From assembly GCA_013115125.1 (NCBI GenBank), contig JABANN010000077.1:1-64000 (forward strand): DNA of 64,000 bases. Direction: 5' to 3'. The stretch is from Perkinsus olseni. Lineage: Eukaryota. The notes beneath the pieces are model-generated. The model was not told the origin of the DNA. It worked only from the letters and a program-made list of their open reading frames with translations, and made no database searches. Positions 11,761 to 22,467 of this stretch are shown here, piece by piece (position 1 is the first letter of the stretch; every line of letters begins with the position of its first letter). The position numbers and the translations under genes are program-made.

Positions 11761-14050
11761 TCAGCACTGGGTAGCGGCTGCGGCAGCGGCAGCCTCCCTC
11801 CCCCACGCGTCCGCCTCTACGATGTGCCGGATCTCGGTGGGGTTGTCGAGAATGACGCCTTCCGACTCTGCCCTGCTGAGAACCGCGTCGAGGATCTGAG
11901 AGCAGACGGTCGGTTCTCGGTGCTATCAGCTAAGCCCTACCTTCGGAATGTCCACGAACTTGATCTTCCGATCTAAGAACAGCTCCACTGCCTTCTCATT
12001 AGCCGCACTCAGGATTGCAGGGGCGGTACCTAACGCATAGAGAAACCCTCCACAGCAGCAGATTGATCCGTACTACTAGGAATTATCTAGTAGGGACTTC
12101 CTACTAGGGAGTCATCCAACCGGTCAACCCGAGTGGAAGGGAAGGAACTCACGAAAGAGGAAGATACCGAGACACAGCTCGAGGAGGTTGGAGGAGAGGC
12201 AAGCTAGCCGATTCTCGCAAGCAACGCGCTGACTAAGTCCTCACCTCCCCGTCTGCCGGCCCTGTAGGCGAGCTCCACGCAGGGGTACTTGTCCGTATCG
12301 ACCTCCTTGAAAGTCAGGCCTCCGGTGAGATCTTTCAGTGATAGTCGCTGTAAGCTGGAACCGTCGTGATGCAAACGCTGTGGGTAGGCCAGAGTGTACC
12401 TGGCCGAGGGAATCTCAAGCTGACTAGGGAGGCGGTCTCATACAGTATTGGCAGTTTCATGTCAGGGACCCCCATCTGTGCTATCACGGAGGTGTCTTCC
12501 ATCTCGACAGCACTGTGAACAATTGACTGCGGATGAATGACAGCCTGAAGAGGGTAGTGCACGGGAGAAGAGTAGCGGATGGTGTTCTACTACTCGGATG
12601 TCATCGTATGGTATGCCGAAGAGGTTGTGTGCTTCGATGACTTCCAATCCTTTATTCATGAGCGTGGCTGAGTCGACGGTGATCTTGGCTCCCATAGACC
12701 AGTTTGGGTGCTTCAGTGCATCCTCCACAGTTGCCTTTCTGAAGGAGCAGCGGTATCGGTGACAGCAGGACTGACAAGGGCGTTACTCCATCTGCTCCTT
12801 GGTCCAGTCTCGGAAGGCACCACCGCTGGCTGTGATGATGAGGCTTCTAATGCTGCCGGGCGGGCATCCCTGAAGAGCATCGTCAAGCAGGAACATGATC
12901 GTTCGGTGCTCCCCACTTGCATGCACTGCCATAAGGCGCTGTGCTCCGAGTCCGCAGGCAGCAACTTCACGCCGTGCCTCTTCAGGAGGGGCGCGATGAC
13001 AGGCCCACCTGGAGGGATCAGGCGATAGGCGGCAGACTGTTGAGCCTTGGATGACCTACCCGCTATAAGAGTCTCCTTGTTGGCCAAGGCGATGTCCTTG
13101 CCACTCTCGATAGCTGCTACTGTAGGCAGCAGACCAGCACACCCGACGATGCCGGTGACCATCACGTCTGCGGGGCACTCTCTAGCCATCTCCTCTAGTC
13201 CCGACGGTCCTACGAAGTACTTCGGGTGGGGCCTGGGGGAGTAGGGTTGCACTCGGGATAAGGCAGTGGCGACCTCACCCAGTGAAGCCCTTTGACTTGA
13301 GGTCCACCTTGAGGGCCTTCAAAGCCTTCTCGCTGCCTACTGACACCATAGCTGGGCTGAACTGAATGATCTGGTCGGCTAAAAGATCGATCTTGGACCC
13401 ACCCGCGCTGAGGGCTACAACCTGCACAGGGGAGATAGCGAACTTTGCCTTCAACGTGACTTCTACTGACCTGAAATCTGTCGTTGAAATGTCCGCACAT
13501 GTCGAGAGTCTGCGTACCGATGGAGCCAGTGGACCCCAACACTGCCACCCGCTTCACCCCGCCTGTTGTGGATGAATGAGATAAAATGGACGCGTACGAA
13601 GACCCACTTTCGTTCTGGCTTCCTTCGCCTGGCTGGCTGACCGGCACAAGGCAGGCCCCGCCCTCACAAGAACCACTCATCATGCTTCGACGCTTAGTGG
13701 AGGTTCGACGAGAGACCGCGGCCAGAGTCGCCAGCGTGGCCAGCGAGAAAAGTCCAAATTTTATTGAGTATGACAACGCCAAGGAGGCACCGGGAGAGGG
13801 AAGCTCGGAGCTCGCATACCTATGCAGCGAAACACTGGTAGATGCCGGAAGGCGGACAGCCCCACCTAGCCGTCGGTGCTGCTGGCACAGCTCCTCTCAG
13901 GGCCGAAGTCGTGGATGCGGCCGCGGGTTGACCAGCACCGAGGACGAAGGCGATGCTATTGACAGCCAGTACCACCATGCCGATACATAAGGCGATGCCT
14001 ATGAGGCTGCGACTGCGCTTGCCGGGAGCTTGAAGGATGCCTTCCATCAT
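11761..14050 (-). CDS. dxr: 1-deoxy-D-xylulose 5-phosphate reductoisomerase with bipartite plastid-targeting N-terminus, spliced
   Basis: [88 protein letters not shown]-terminal IVEADAWGR. Hydrophobic N-terminal segment followed by an Ala/Ser/Arg-rich stretch. Confidence 0.97.
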
Positions 14051-14449
14051 CGAAAACAAGCCCTGGGAAGTAACAACGCCAAAGCTTGAGCGTAGCAGCC
14101 CAACACCAACGCAGGTGAAAGGTCAGAAATTCAATAATTCTATGACGGCACTCTTGTTATCGATGGCGTGGAGGTAACATACAGTAAGGCCGCTTTGACC
14201 TCGTGGTGAGTCAGATTACGTGCGCAGCGGAGATGCGGCACGGACATAGCAAAACAGAAGTAACGTACAAAAGGCCATCGACAACAAGGTGGGAGCCGTA
14301 ACACTGTCGGCCGCTGGCGGCGCGGTACAGAGGAGACCACCGTAGAGGATGAGCGAGAGCAACTCCGACTTGGAGGGCGCAGAAACAGTTGAGCCACTTC
14401 TCATCAACAGAACTTCATAAGGCTTCGTCTCAAGCCGCAGCTCCCGACG

Positions 14450-15844
14450 CTACTGTCTGCGGTTTATGAGACTGAAAAACTCTGCCCGAGTCTTCGGGTT
14501 TGACCTGATGGCCGAGATATTAGACAACTTCAAGCGACGACTGCAGTGCTGACCTGAAGGCTCCCAAGACGCAGCTTGTGGTGGTGGAAGCTGACGACTT
14601 CTGCACTCCTCTCATACTCATGCACATGTGGGAGGCCCTGATCACCACCGCGACGCCCATAGGGTTGATCGCCTCCTCCACAGCTCGTGCTATCTGCTGG
14701 GTCATCCTCTCTTGTACCTGAACCAACGGTCTGCGATGCGGGTGAGTAGTCGGGAAGGTGACACCTGCAGCCGCCTGGAAAACATCTCAGTGATTCGTGC
14801 TAATTTGCTCAACCCCAGAACCTTCCCACGTGGGATGTATCCGATATCTACTGTTCCTGAAGAGACACAAAATACCCCCGGCGAGGATCGAACCCGTGTG
14901 GGCCCCGTGGCGTGTCAGAGATGGCTCACCGTAAAATGGTAACAGATGATGTTCGCAGAGGGAAAACATGTCTATGTCTCGGACCATCACCATCTCGTCG
15001 TTGTCTGATGGTTCGACGTCAAAAACAGCGTCATTAACGATCTCATCAAGGGACTCGGAGTATCTGGCAACAGCAAATCTCAAGCTGCTTCGGCCCAGTG
15101 GTGGAGCAGCATGCTATCTACCATGAAGTCACGAGTTCAACCCTCCGAGCTTACCCTTTAGTGAGGAACTCCAAAGCCTTGGCGTAGCGCATAGGGGTCT
15201 TCTGTAACCCCTGACGATCAGCATCCTCACCGTCAATCGACTCTAGGATGCTCCGAGCAGCCGACTCAATGATCGAGGCCTAAAACAGAATCATCACAAT
15301 CACAGGCAAGACTAATCATAAAACAGCGAATCTTTGTTGATACTCATCAAACCCATTTCCAGCAGCAGCAGCAGCAGCAGCAGCTGCTGCGAGCTTGAAC
15401 GTCGAGCAACGCTACTATGCCAGTATCAACAGTGAATATACGCCCAGAAGCTGTACTTGGTCAACGAAAATATTAGTCAAACCGAGCGGCGATAGTTCGC
15501 AGAGATATTACCGACGAGCTTGACTTCGTCGACGAAGTGAAGGAGGATTCTGGTATACTGGCCGATGACCTGTCTGCCTTGACAGCACTATCCTCATCGG
15601 TGAGGTGGACAGAAGCCTGTGAAAGGAAGGTGGTCCTTCAGTGTCGGTGGCGCATGGTAGTCACCTCATCCTGGCTAGCATCAGCAGGCGTCAGCTTGCT
15701 GGTGGCCTCGTCTGAACAACGAGACGAGAGATTCGACACCCCCCTTCAAAGGCCAGAACTCTTATCCGAATACTCGTTCTCCGGTTGCGTGTTACTACCT
15801 TCCATCCCGTGCTTCTGACGGCAAGCATCCGCTATCATAGTCAT
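14450..15844 (-). CDS. GCH1: GTP cyclohydrolase I, spliced; low-complexity N-terminal extension (start approximate)
   Basis: [71 protein letters not shown]. Confidence 0.95.
14873..14925 (-). pseudogene. tRNA 3'-end relic inside a GCH1 intron
   Basis: ACGGG-TTCGATC-CTCGC-CGGGGGT-A-TTTT: T-loop, canonical 5+7+1 spacing to the discriminator, oligo-T. No 5' half seen. Confidence 0.5.
15360..15383. repeat. (CAG)8 microsatellite, probably poly-Ala in the GCH1 N-terminus
   Basis: Directly visible; reads [14 protein letters not shown] on the minus strand. Confidence 0.85.
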
Positions 15845-15951
15845 TACGGAAACACAACCCTACCAGAGCCTGCCGTTCCCTCGGAGTTACTGAACTCTTT
15901 CCTAGTTTGCATTTGAACGCAGTATGAAACACAGGTAGAAACTAGACAATG

Positions 15952-16576
15952 CTACTGCACCGCAGCCGGGGAGCGCTGCTTGTCCTTGGCCGCCAGCCGG
16001 GCCTGACGCAGCCTCTCATTCTCGGCCTCCTCTTCCGACTCTTCGCATTCATTATACATAATCATCGCGATGATCATCGCACCTGAGAACGTGAAGCTCC
16101 CGGCCACGAGTGACCCAGTAGGGCGAACAGTGTTCACAGACAGGCTAACGACCAGGCAGCGTGTCCCTGTCTTGGATGCGAGAGATTCCGCGACGACGAT
16201 TAGCATTCGTCCGATAGGCCCAGACCACACTGAAAACGAGCCCCTTACATCCGACGGTGAATCCAGCAGTGCCAACCTTGGGCATGAAGTCATGCGGGGA
16301 GGTAATTTGCTCCCACCATTCTTTGTTATTATCATACACGTCAATAGGTAACTTCACCTTTCTCTTTTCTTCCTCTAAAAGAGGCCAAGTCCAACCCCCC
16401 CGCGATTAATGAGTAATTGCTTGTGGCTTACCGCCTTCGTCTGCTCTGGAAGGTTCAGTGCTGATGAAAACCCGACTACATCGAAGTCCTGCCGGGGGCC
16501 GAACGAAGGGGGTCAACGCGGGAAGAGCGGATACCGTATGAGGGGCAGCGAAGCGGAGGAGATGCCGTGCAAGCAT
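15952..16576 (-). CDS. Hypothetical small mitochondrial membrane protein, spliced
   Basis: Presequence-like MLARHLLRFAAPHTVSALP.., middle exon LPIDVYDNNKEWWEQITSPHDF, hydrophobic segment then charged tail. Confidence 0.5.
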
Positions 16577-16893
16577 GACCCAAAAAACTGTCAAACAGCC
16601 CGTATGTTTTCCCCTGTTGAACACTGCAATGAGGTGACGACTGATGAGACTGGAAGGGGAGCCGTCCAATTACTCACTCAAAACTCGACACAGTTTGATG
16701 CGAGAACATCGATAGGACTATATGCGACATGGTGGCCGACACATGAGCTGCTTAATGTGTACTTGAATGAACAAATAGACAAAGTCGCCTAAAATGTCAA
16801 TTTTTCTCCGAGGGCGGAGCGAAGCGATTTTCGTTTAACATTTTCGGAACCACGATTATCAATTTCCAGTGGTAGTTGCCTTAGCCGACGCTC

Positions 16894-18836
16894 ATGTCGT
16901 TCAACAACAGCTACGCGGCTGCCGCAAGCCTGGAAGGGTAAGCTCGGGAGGTTACGGGGCAGGAAGTATCTTAGGTCGGAGCGGGGAGGATGCAGAAGAG
17001 GTTTGAACCAGTCAAATCGACGGGAGCCGTGTTTCAGGTGGGAGCGGAACCCCGACGCCACAATATACGTCGGAAACCTTGATACGAAGGTGGATGAGGA
17101 ACTACTGTGGGAGCTTTTCATACAGTGCGGGCCGATTCAGAACGTATCCCTCCCCAGAGATAGGTAGTAAGCGTGCTTACTACTCGCCATAGGATATCTG
17201 TTCGCCCAAGACGAAATCTCCTACCATGAAGACCCTGAGGGCGTTCAATAAACCCATTCTAAGTCTCAGATTCCGGAGCTGTATTTTCCGTGGGAAAATC
17301 AATTCTAGGATCGGTTCTTAGTTTCAGGATCAGCTTATGGAACTGGGGGCTTGCGTCTCACTGCCCGTACTGAGTATACTGAATGGTCGAATTTTTCTCA
17401 GGATTATTGGCTCCCATCAAGGTTACGGGTTCGTTGAATTTAAGAACCCAGACGACGCTGACTACGCTGTGAAGATTATGAACTTGGTAGGCATAACCCC
17501 ACCGAGGCCTGTCGTGAGCGTAAAAATCCACCATGCTTCAGACCAAGCTCTTCAGCAAGCCTATCCGATGTAACAAGTCATCCTCGGACAAGATCGTTCG
17601 GGACGAGGTAGTAAGGGTGTCTTCCCAAGTCCTAGACAATCCTCGCTCACCAGCTAAGAGAAAATACTTTCCGTGGTGCCGTTGGCTCAGGTTGGTGCTA
17701 ATCTGTTCATTGGTAACCTCGGCCCTGATGTGGATGAGAAGCAGCTTTACGATACTTTCTCGGCCTTCGGTAGTATACTAGGTTGGGCGGAGTGGGTCAG
17801 CATGCTTTCGTATGATTGTTTGATGCTTGTCGGAAGTGAAATATGGCGAAGGGAGAGTTCGCGGGAGTATCTCCGATACTTCAGCGATTCCAGAGTGGAC
17901 TCGTGAGGATGTTCGGTTGGCCGAGGCTTGGTCGAGCCCCTCCATGCAAACCAGCGCTATCCCGACCTCGAACCTGGACTCGGGATCCCGCCCTTCATCT
18001 CAGGTATTGTGGTATTCTGTAAGATTATGAGAGGTGAGACCGGTGAATCTAAGGGATTCGGTTTCGTCAGCTACGACGGCTTCGAAGCATCGGACGCCGC
18101 CATGGCCGGAATGAATGGTGATATTTAGTCACACCATCTTTGATTTGTACGTGTACATTTTCCAGGGCAATACCTGTGCAACCGACAGATCTCGGTATCC
18201 TACTCGTATAAGAAGGACAGTAAGGGAGAACGCCATGGCACGGCCGCCGAGCGAATGCTTGCCGCAAATCGGGAAAAGTAGTAAAGTCTCGATCGCTCTC
18301 CGGTCTTATGTGCATGTCAGCTCCCAACCGCATCATATGGAGAATGAGTACTACGCTAGTGTGGGAGCATCGGCGATGCCTCAGGCGGCGCCGGCCCCCT
18401 TGGCAGGTGACATAGCGTTGGGCGGTTAGACAGGAGAATCAGCTACATACTCGTCTCAGGCAACCTCCCAGCTCCTCCTGCTCCCCCGCCTGGGATGTCT
18501 GCACCGTCATCGGTAGTAGGGTGAGGGAATTCCGTGTCATTGCCATTGTTCATACAGGGCGCGTCCAACTTCCCGACCCCTCCCATGCCGCCACCGGGCA
18601 TGGCTTTCCCTCCTGGAATGCCTCCGCCGCCAGGAATGCCCCTGCCGCCTGGCATGCCTCTTCCTCCAGGTGAATCAGCCTCTCCGTCTCTCTCAATGTG
18701 CACTGTCTTATCAGGGATGCCCCCGCCGCCAGGGATGCCCCTCCCGCCGGGCATGCCGCCCCCGCCGGGTATGCCTCTCCCTCCTGGAATGCCGCCACCG
18801 CCCGGTATGGGGATGCCTGGGAGTAAGTGGGATTAG
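16894..18836 (+). CDS. SF3B4: Splicing factor 3B subunit 4 (SAP49), two RRMs plus Pro-rich tail, spliced
   Basis: [105 protein letters not shown]. The last exon could extend to ~18933. Confidence 0.96.
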
Positions 18837-19084
18837 CCTGGAGTCGCTCACCCCATCACGCCCCTCTCGGACCGCTACTTCAAACCCTATCCCGTCATCG
18901 CTCAGATATGCCCTCGGTTCCCTCTCAACAGTAGCAGCTCTGACAGAGGCGTTTTGAAGAGACTGTCATCATTTGCTTCCTTACAAACAGATAACGATGC
19001 CCGCCGTGAAGAGTGCACTGAGTATCGATACTCCAACAACTCTTTCCCACGTCCAGTTCGGACTGTTTAGTTGGCGTTCATCGA

Positions 19085-19639
19085 ATGTCTCCGGGCTCTC
19101 CAGTTTTCTCATGTCTGTTTCCTGATGTCAACCCGAACTCCAGCGATCAGCGAGGACTTTCCACACTTCCTAGCTTGGTAGTAAGGGATCTGCTCTCTCC
19201 GTTAGTCGAACTGGCGGGGGGTAGGTACGGTCTTATACCCGACTTCTCCCATCTGGCTAAAGACGATAAGTTCCACTGTAGAGATCAGTGGTTCCGATTG
19301 AAGCAGCTTGTGGACTGTCGGTATTACGCGCACCTCCAGTAAGTGATCTGTGTGAGAACCATCCTCGTTACGCCATCCCGCTGGTCAGGTATGCGGAGTC
19401 CGAGAGCTACAATGCTAAGCTGGTAATGAGTCGGATAGAAGATATCCGATGGTGTCAACAAATAAAGAAATTGCCCATGGAACGTCGCCCAGAGGCGTAC
19501 AAGAAATGGTGAGAAAAGCTGATGTTTTCATCGTCTATAGCCTGCTTGCAGGTGGGTGACTAAAGAGTACCGAATAAACGACGTTTGGGAGTATCGAGAA
19601 CCGCCACCGACCCAAGGCTTGATGAGCAACGTTGATTGA
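19085..19639 (+). CDS. DUF3128 (Emi1/C22orf39-like) small protein, spliced
   Basis: C..QW..L..C..Y / IEDIRWC..IK / NDVWEYREPPP pattern recalled for this family. Confidence 0.55.
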
Positions 19640-19975
19640 ATGACGTATGTGACATTTTCTGTTAACTTCCCTGTTTCCTATTGTGAGCTCGTTTGACCCG
19701 CGTTCGCATGTACCCCTGAGGAAGGCTTCTTGACGAGCTGTCTGTTTGCTCTGCGCATCAGCGCTACAGAGAGCTCTCAATTGAGCACATCGGCACGAGT
19801 CTAGGTCGGAACCGGCGTTAGACTACGAACACACACCGACGTTTGTTCGGAGTTACTGCAAAACTCAACTTTGGTGATGTAGGAAAAATGGGTACTGTTG
19901 CGGCATGAAGCCGGCTAACTTTTTACACCAATCTACACCTTCATCACTTCAACGATAACAAACAACCTGGTGATA

Positions 19976-20033
19976 CGAGGCAGGGAGAGCCGAAATCATC
20001 GGCACTGGTTGAAACGGCTAGCTCCCTGCCTCG
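19976..20033. other. Strong inverted repeat / stem-loop between convergent genes
   Basis: CGAGGCAGGGAG-AGCCG ... CGGCT-AG-CTCCCTGCCTCG: 12-bp plus 5-bp stems with a 2-nt bulge. Confidence 0.85.
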
Positions 20034-20075
20034 CATAGAAAAAGTAGGAACGTACTGGAAAATTGAAGATACATA

Positions 20076-21581
20076 CTAGAGATCGTAGTGGTGAAGGTAG
20101 TCCTCTGCAACCTCACGATCGAGCTGTATGACCAAATCCCTCACTGATAGCTGCCGGTTCGAAGGTGCCGAAAACACAAGGTCCGTGAGCCACGTCGGAA
20201 GACCGTCTTCTGGACCTGTGATCTTGTCACCTTCGGAGATGAGGATGCTGTTACAGAGGACTTTGACGCCCTCGATGCGGTCCCACTTGCGGGCGAAGCT
20301 GAGGTCGGATATGGTGCCTGACTTGAGTGCATTGATAGTCGCACAAGCGACGACTCGCTGTTCCTCCTTAGGCAACTGTGCAGGTAAGCTGGGCATACCG
20401 ACAGCTAGTAAAAGCTGTTCATCCACCAGATCAACACCAGTAGCCTCTTTGTGCATCATGTGAATAGTGCCACCACCCATTCTAGCATTCACTTCGATGA
20501 GTCGAGGACCACGGCTGGTGTACTTGGCCTCTACGTGAAATACTCCCTTGGTGAAGCCCATGACGAGAACGGAGTTCACAGCCAGTTCCTCAAGAGCAGC
20601 TACTTGATCGCTAGGTAGCGCGCTTGGGAGCAGATCCCAGGTTTCATTAAAATGAGGCTCAAGAGTGGGGCCGTTGTCATGCACACAGACGTAAGTAGCG
20701 ACACCGTCACTCATCACCATGTCTATATCGACCTCGGGGCCATCGAGATATTCCTCTAGCATGAACGAACCGAACTCGAAGGTATGGTCGAGATCAGCAG
20801 CACTGTGCACGAAGGTGCCGTTGACAAAGACCAAGTCGCTGAATTCCTTTAGGGTGGACTGGTAGACGCTGATCAGATCCTCCATGCTGCTCACTTTCTG
20901 AACACCCATGGACGCACATCCGGATACGGGTTTAAGCACTGCTGGGAACCCGACATGGTCAGCCGCACTTTTAAGGTCGGACTGGGAAAGAATCATCCTA
21001 TGACGGATACCGGGAAGGCCGGCCTTATCCAGAGCATTGCGAGTCTGTTGTTTGTCTCGTGCAAGCTCAATCGCCCTCACTGGGCAACCTGGAAGGCCGA
21101 ACTCTTCACAAAGGCGAGCCACAGGTAGGATGCTTATCTCCCACACAGTGCATATCCCATCTATACGGTCAAGTTTGCTCAGAGCCTCGACGGCGTCGGC
21201 GTGCAACTTGTCGTGGTCATGCTGGTTGATATCCAGAGGGATGTATCTTTGTACCACACCCTCCACAACAAGCTCTTGAACCCAGGAGTCGGGCTCATCG
21301 ACGATGATGACGTTGACCCCGAGCTGCGCCGCCCTTTCATATACAAAGCGTTTGCTGTGATAACCAGCACCAAAGAAAACAATATTGGAGCCGCTCAGGA
21401 GTTTGAGACGGAGCTCCTGCCCGGCGGCACCCTTCACAGAAAGGTCTTCCTTGTGAACGTATGGGAGGCTGGTGAAGTCAACAGCATTGCAGCCGAACTC
21501 TGAGGAACTGTCGTCCGTGGCGGTGGTGATGGAGTCTGCGCGCTTGAGCATTGAGCGATCGGAGACGGATTCTGCAAGCAT
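20076..21581 (-). CDS. Carnosine-synthase-like ATP-grasp amino-acid ligase, copy 1, intronless (frame stays open to 21929)
   Basis: GAGYHSKRFVYE, GFPAVLKPVSGCASMGV, MLEEYLDGPEVDID, HDNGPTLEPHFNET, GVFHVEAKYTSRGPRLIEVNARMGGG; resembles the catalytic ATP-grasp of CARNS1. Start chosen by comparison with the paralogue. Confidence 0.85.
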   Translation of the reverse strand: MLAESVSDRSMLKRADSITTATDDSSSEFGCNAVDFTSLPYVHKEDLSVKGAAGQELRLKLLSGSNIVFFGAGYHSKRFVYERAAQLGVNVIIVDEPDSWVQELVVEGVVQRYIPLDINQHDHDKLHADAVEALSKLDRIDGICTVWEISILPVARLCEEFGLPGCPVRAIELARDKQQTRNALDKAGLPGIRHRMILSQSDLKSAADHVGFPAVLKPVSGCASMGVQKVSSMEDLISVYQSTLKEFSDLVFVNGTFVHSAADLDHTFEFGSFMLEEYLDGPEVDIDMVMSDGVATYVCVHDNGPTLEPHFNETWDLLPSALPSDQVAALEELAVNSVLVMGFTKGVFHVEAKYTSRGPRLIEVNARMGGGTIHMMHKEATGVDLVDEQLLLAVGMPSLPAQLPKEEQRVVACATINALKSGTISDLSFARKWDRIEGVKVLCNSILISEGDKITGPEDGLPTWLTDLVFSAPSNRQLSVRDLVIQLDREVAEDYLHHYDL

Positions 21582-22467
21582 ATTGAGATGCAGGGAAAAC
21601 TGAGGTGGAAGAGTCGATAATGAGCCCGAAGAAGCTCCGGAGCATAGCTTAGCGACATCGGATCGAATGATGAAATCTGAGACGCGTTGATCATGCGTCA
21701 CGGTGGGAGCATTGAGGAAAGGCAAGTGTTTGCAAAAGAGCAAGCGTTCCCCAGCACGCACAGGAAGCGGCGGGTGCCAATGGTCGGGCGTGAGTATTGA
21801 TGAGAGCAGCATAGTCGGACATGAGTGCTGGTGGACGTGAGTATTCGAGAATGCACGATGTTCGGGCACGGGTGTATGTGAATATGGATGAATCATCATC
21901 AATACTCGCGTCATTAATGATGACGTCAAGACTACAACAGGTCGAGCACTTCATGAGATATCTGTAGCGCTTGCTAATTCTCCCTCCACGGAAGCATTCG
22001 GAGTCCGAATAACAAGAAACGCCCCTGCAGTTCTTCCCAAGGAATGACACGAGCGGGACGATCTTTGTGGACGACTCGGCGGCAGGCACACATGCAATAA
22101 GAGCGAAGAAATCGTCCATTCCTAAACTCAATACCCTGTGTAGCATCCAGTGATAATGTAGCCCGGTACGAACGAGAATGACAGACACACTGTTGTCCCG
22201 CACTTTGGATGTAGTAAAAACAGATCGTAATTGCCAGAGTCCACTTAGACAAAGAGATAGGTCAAGTTGTACTAATACGGTATGAAGAGATTCCACGATA
22301 ATCGTCGAAGCCGCGCTGTAGAACATCGCCCTCCTGGCAACCAACTGATGGATGTGTCGCTCAAGCTTCATTTTTATCACTGGTCAAATGTGGGTGGTTG
22401 AGAAAATAACTGTGCAGATGAATGAACGGCGGCAGCACGCAGCGGCCTCGTTGCTCAGAAATGACAT

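Noticed and set aside
9160..15844. FkbM-DXR-GCH1 as a biosynthetic gene cluster
   Set aside because: Different predicted compartments and unrelated pathways; adjacency fits the general same-strand blocks.
18580..18825. Repeat array of GGxATGCCx units
   Set aside because: Encodes the ordinary GMPPPP Pro-rich tail of SF3B4; not CRISPR or satellite.
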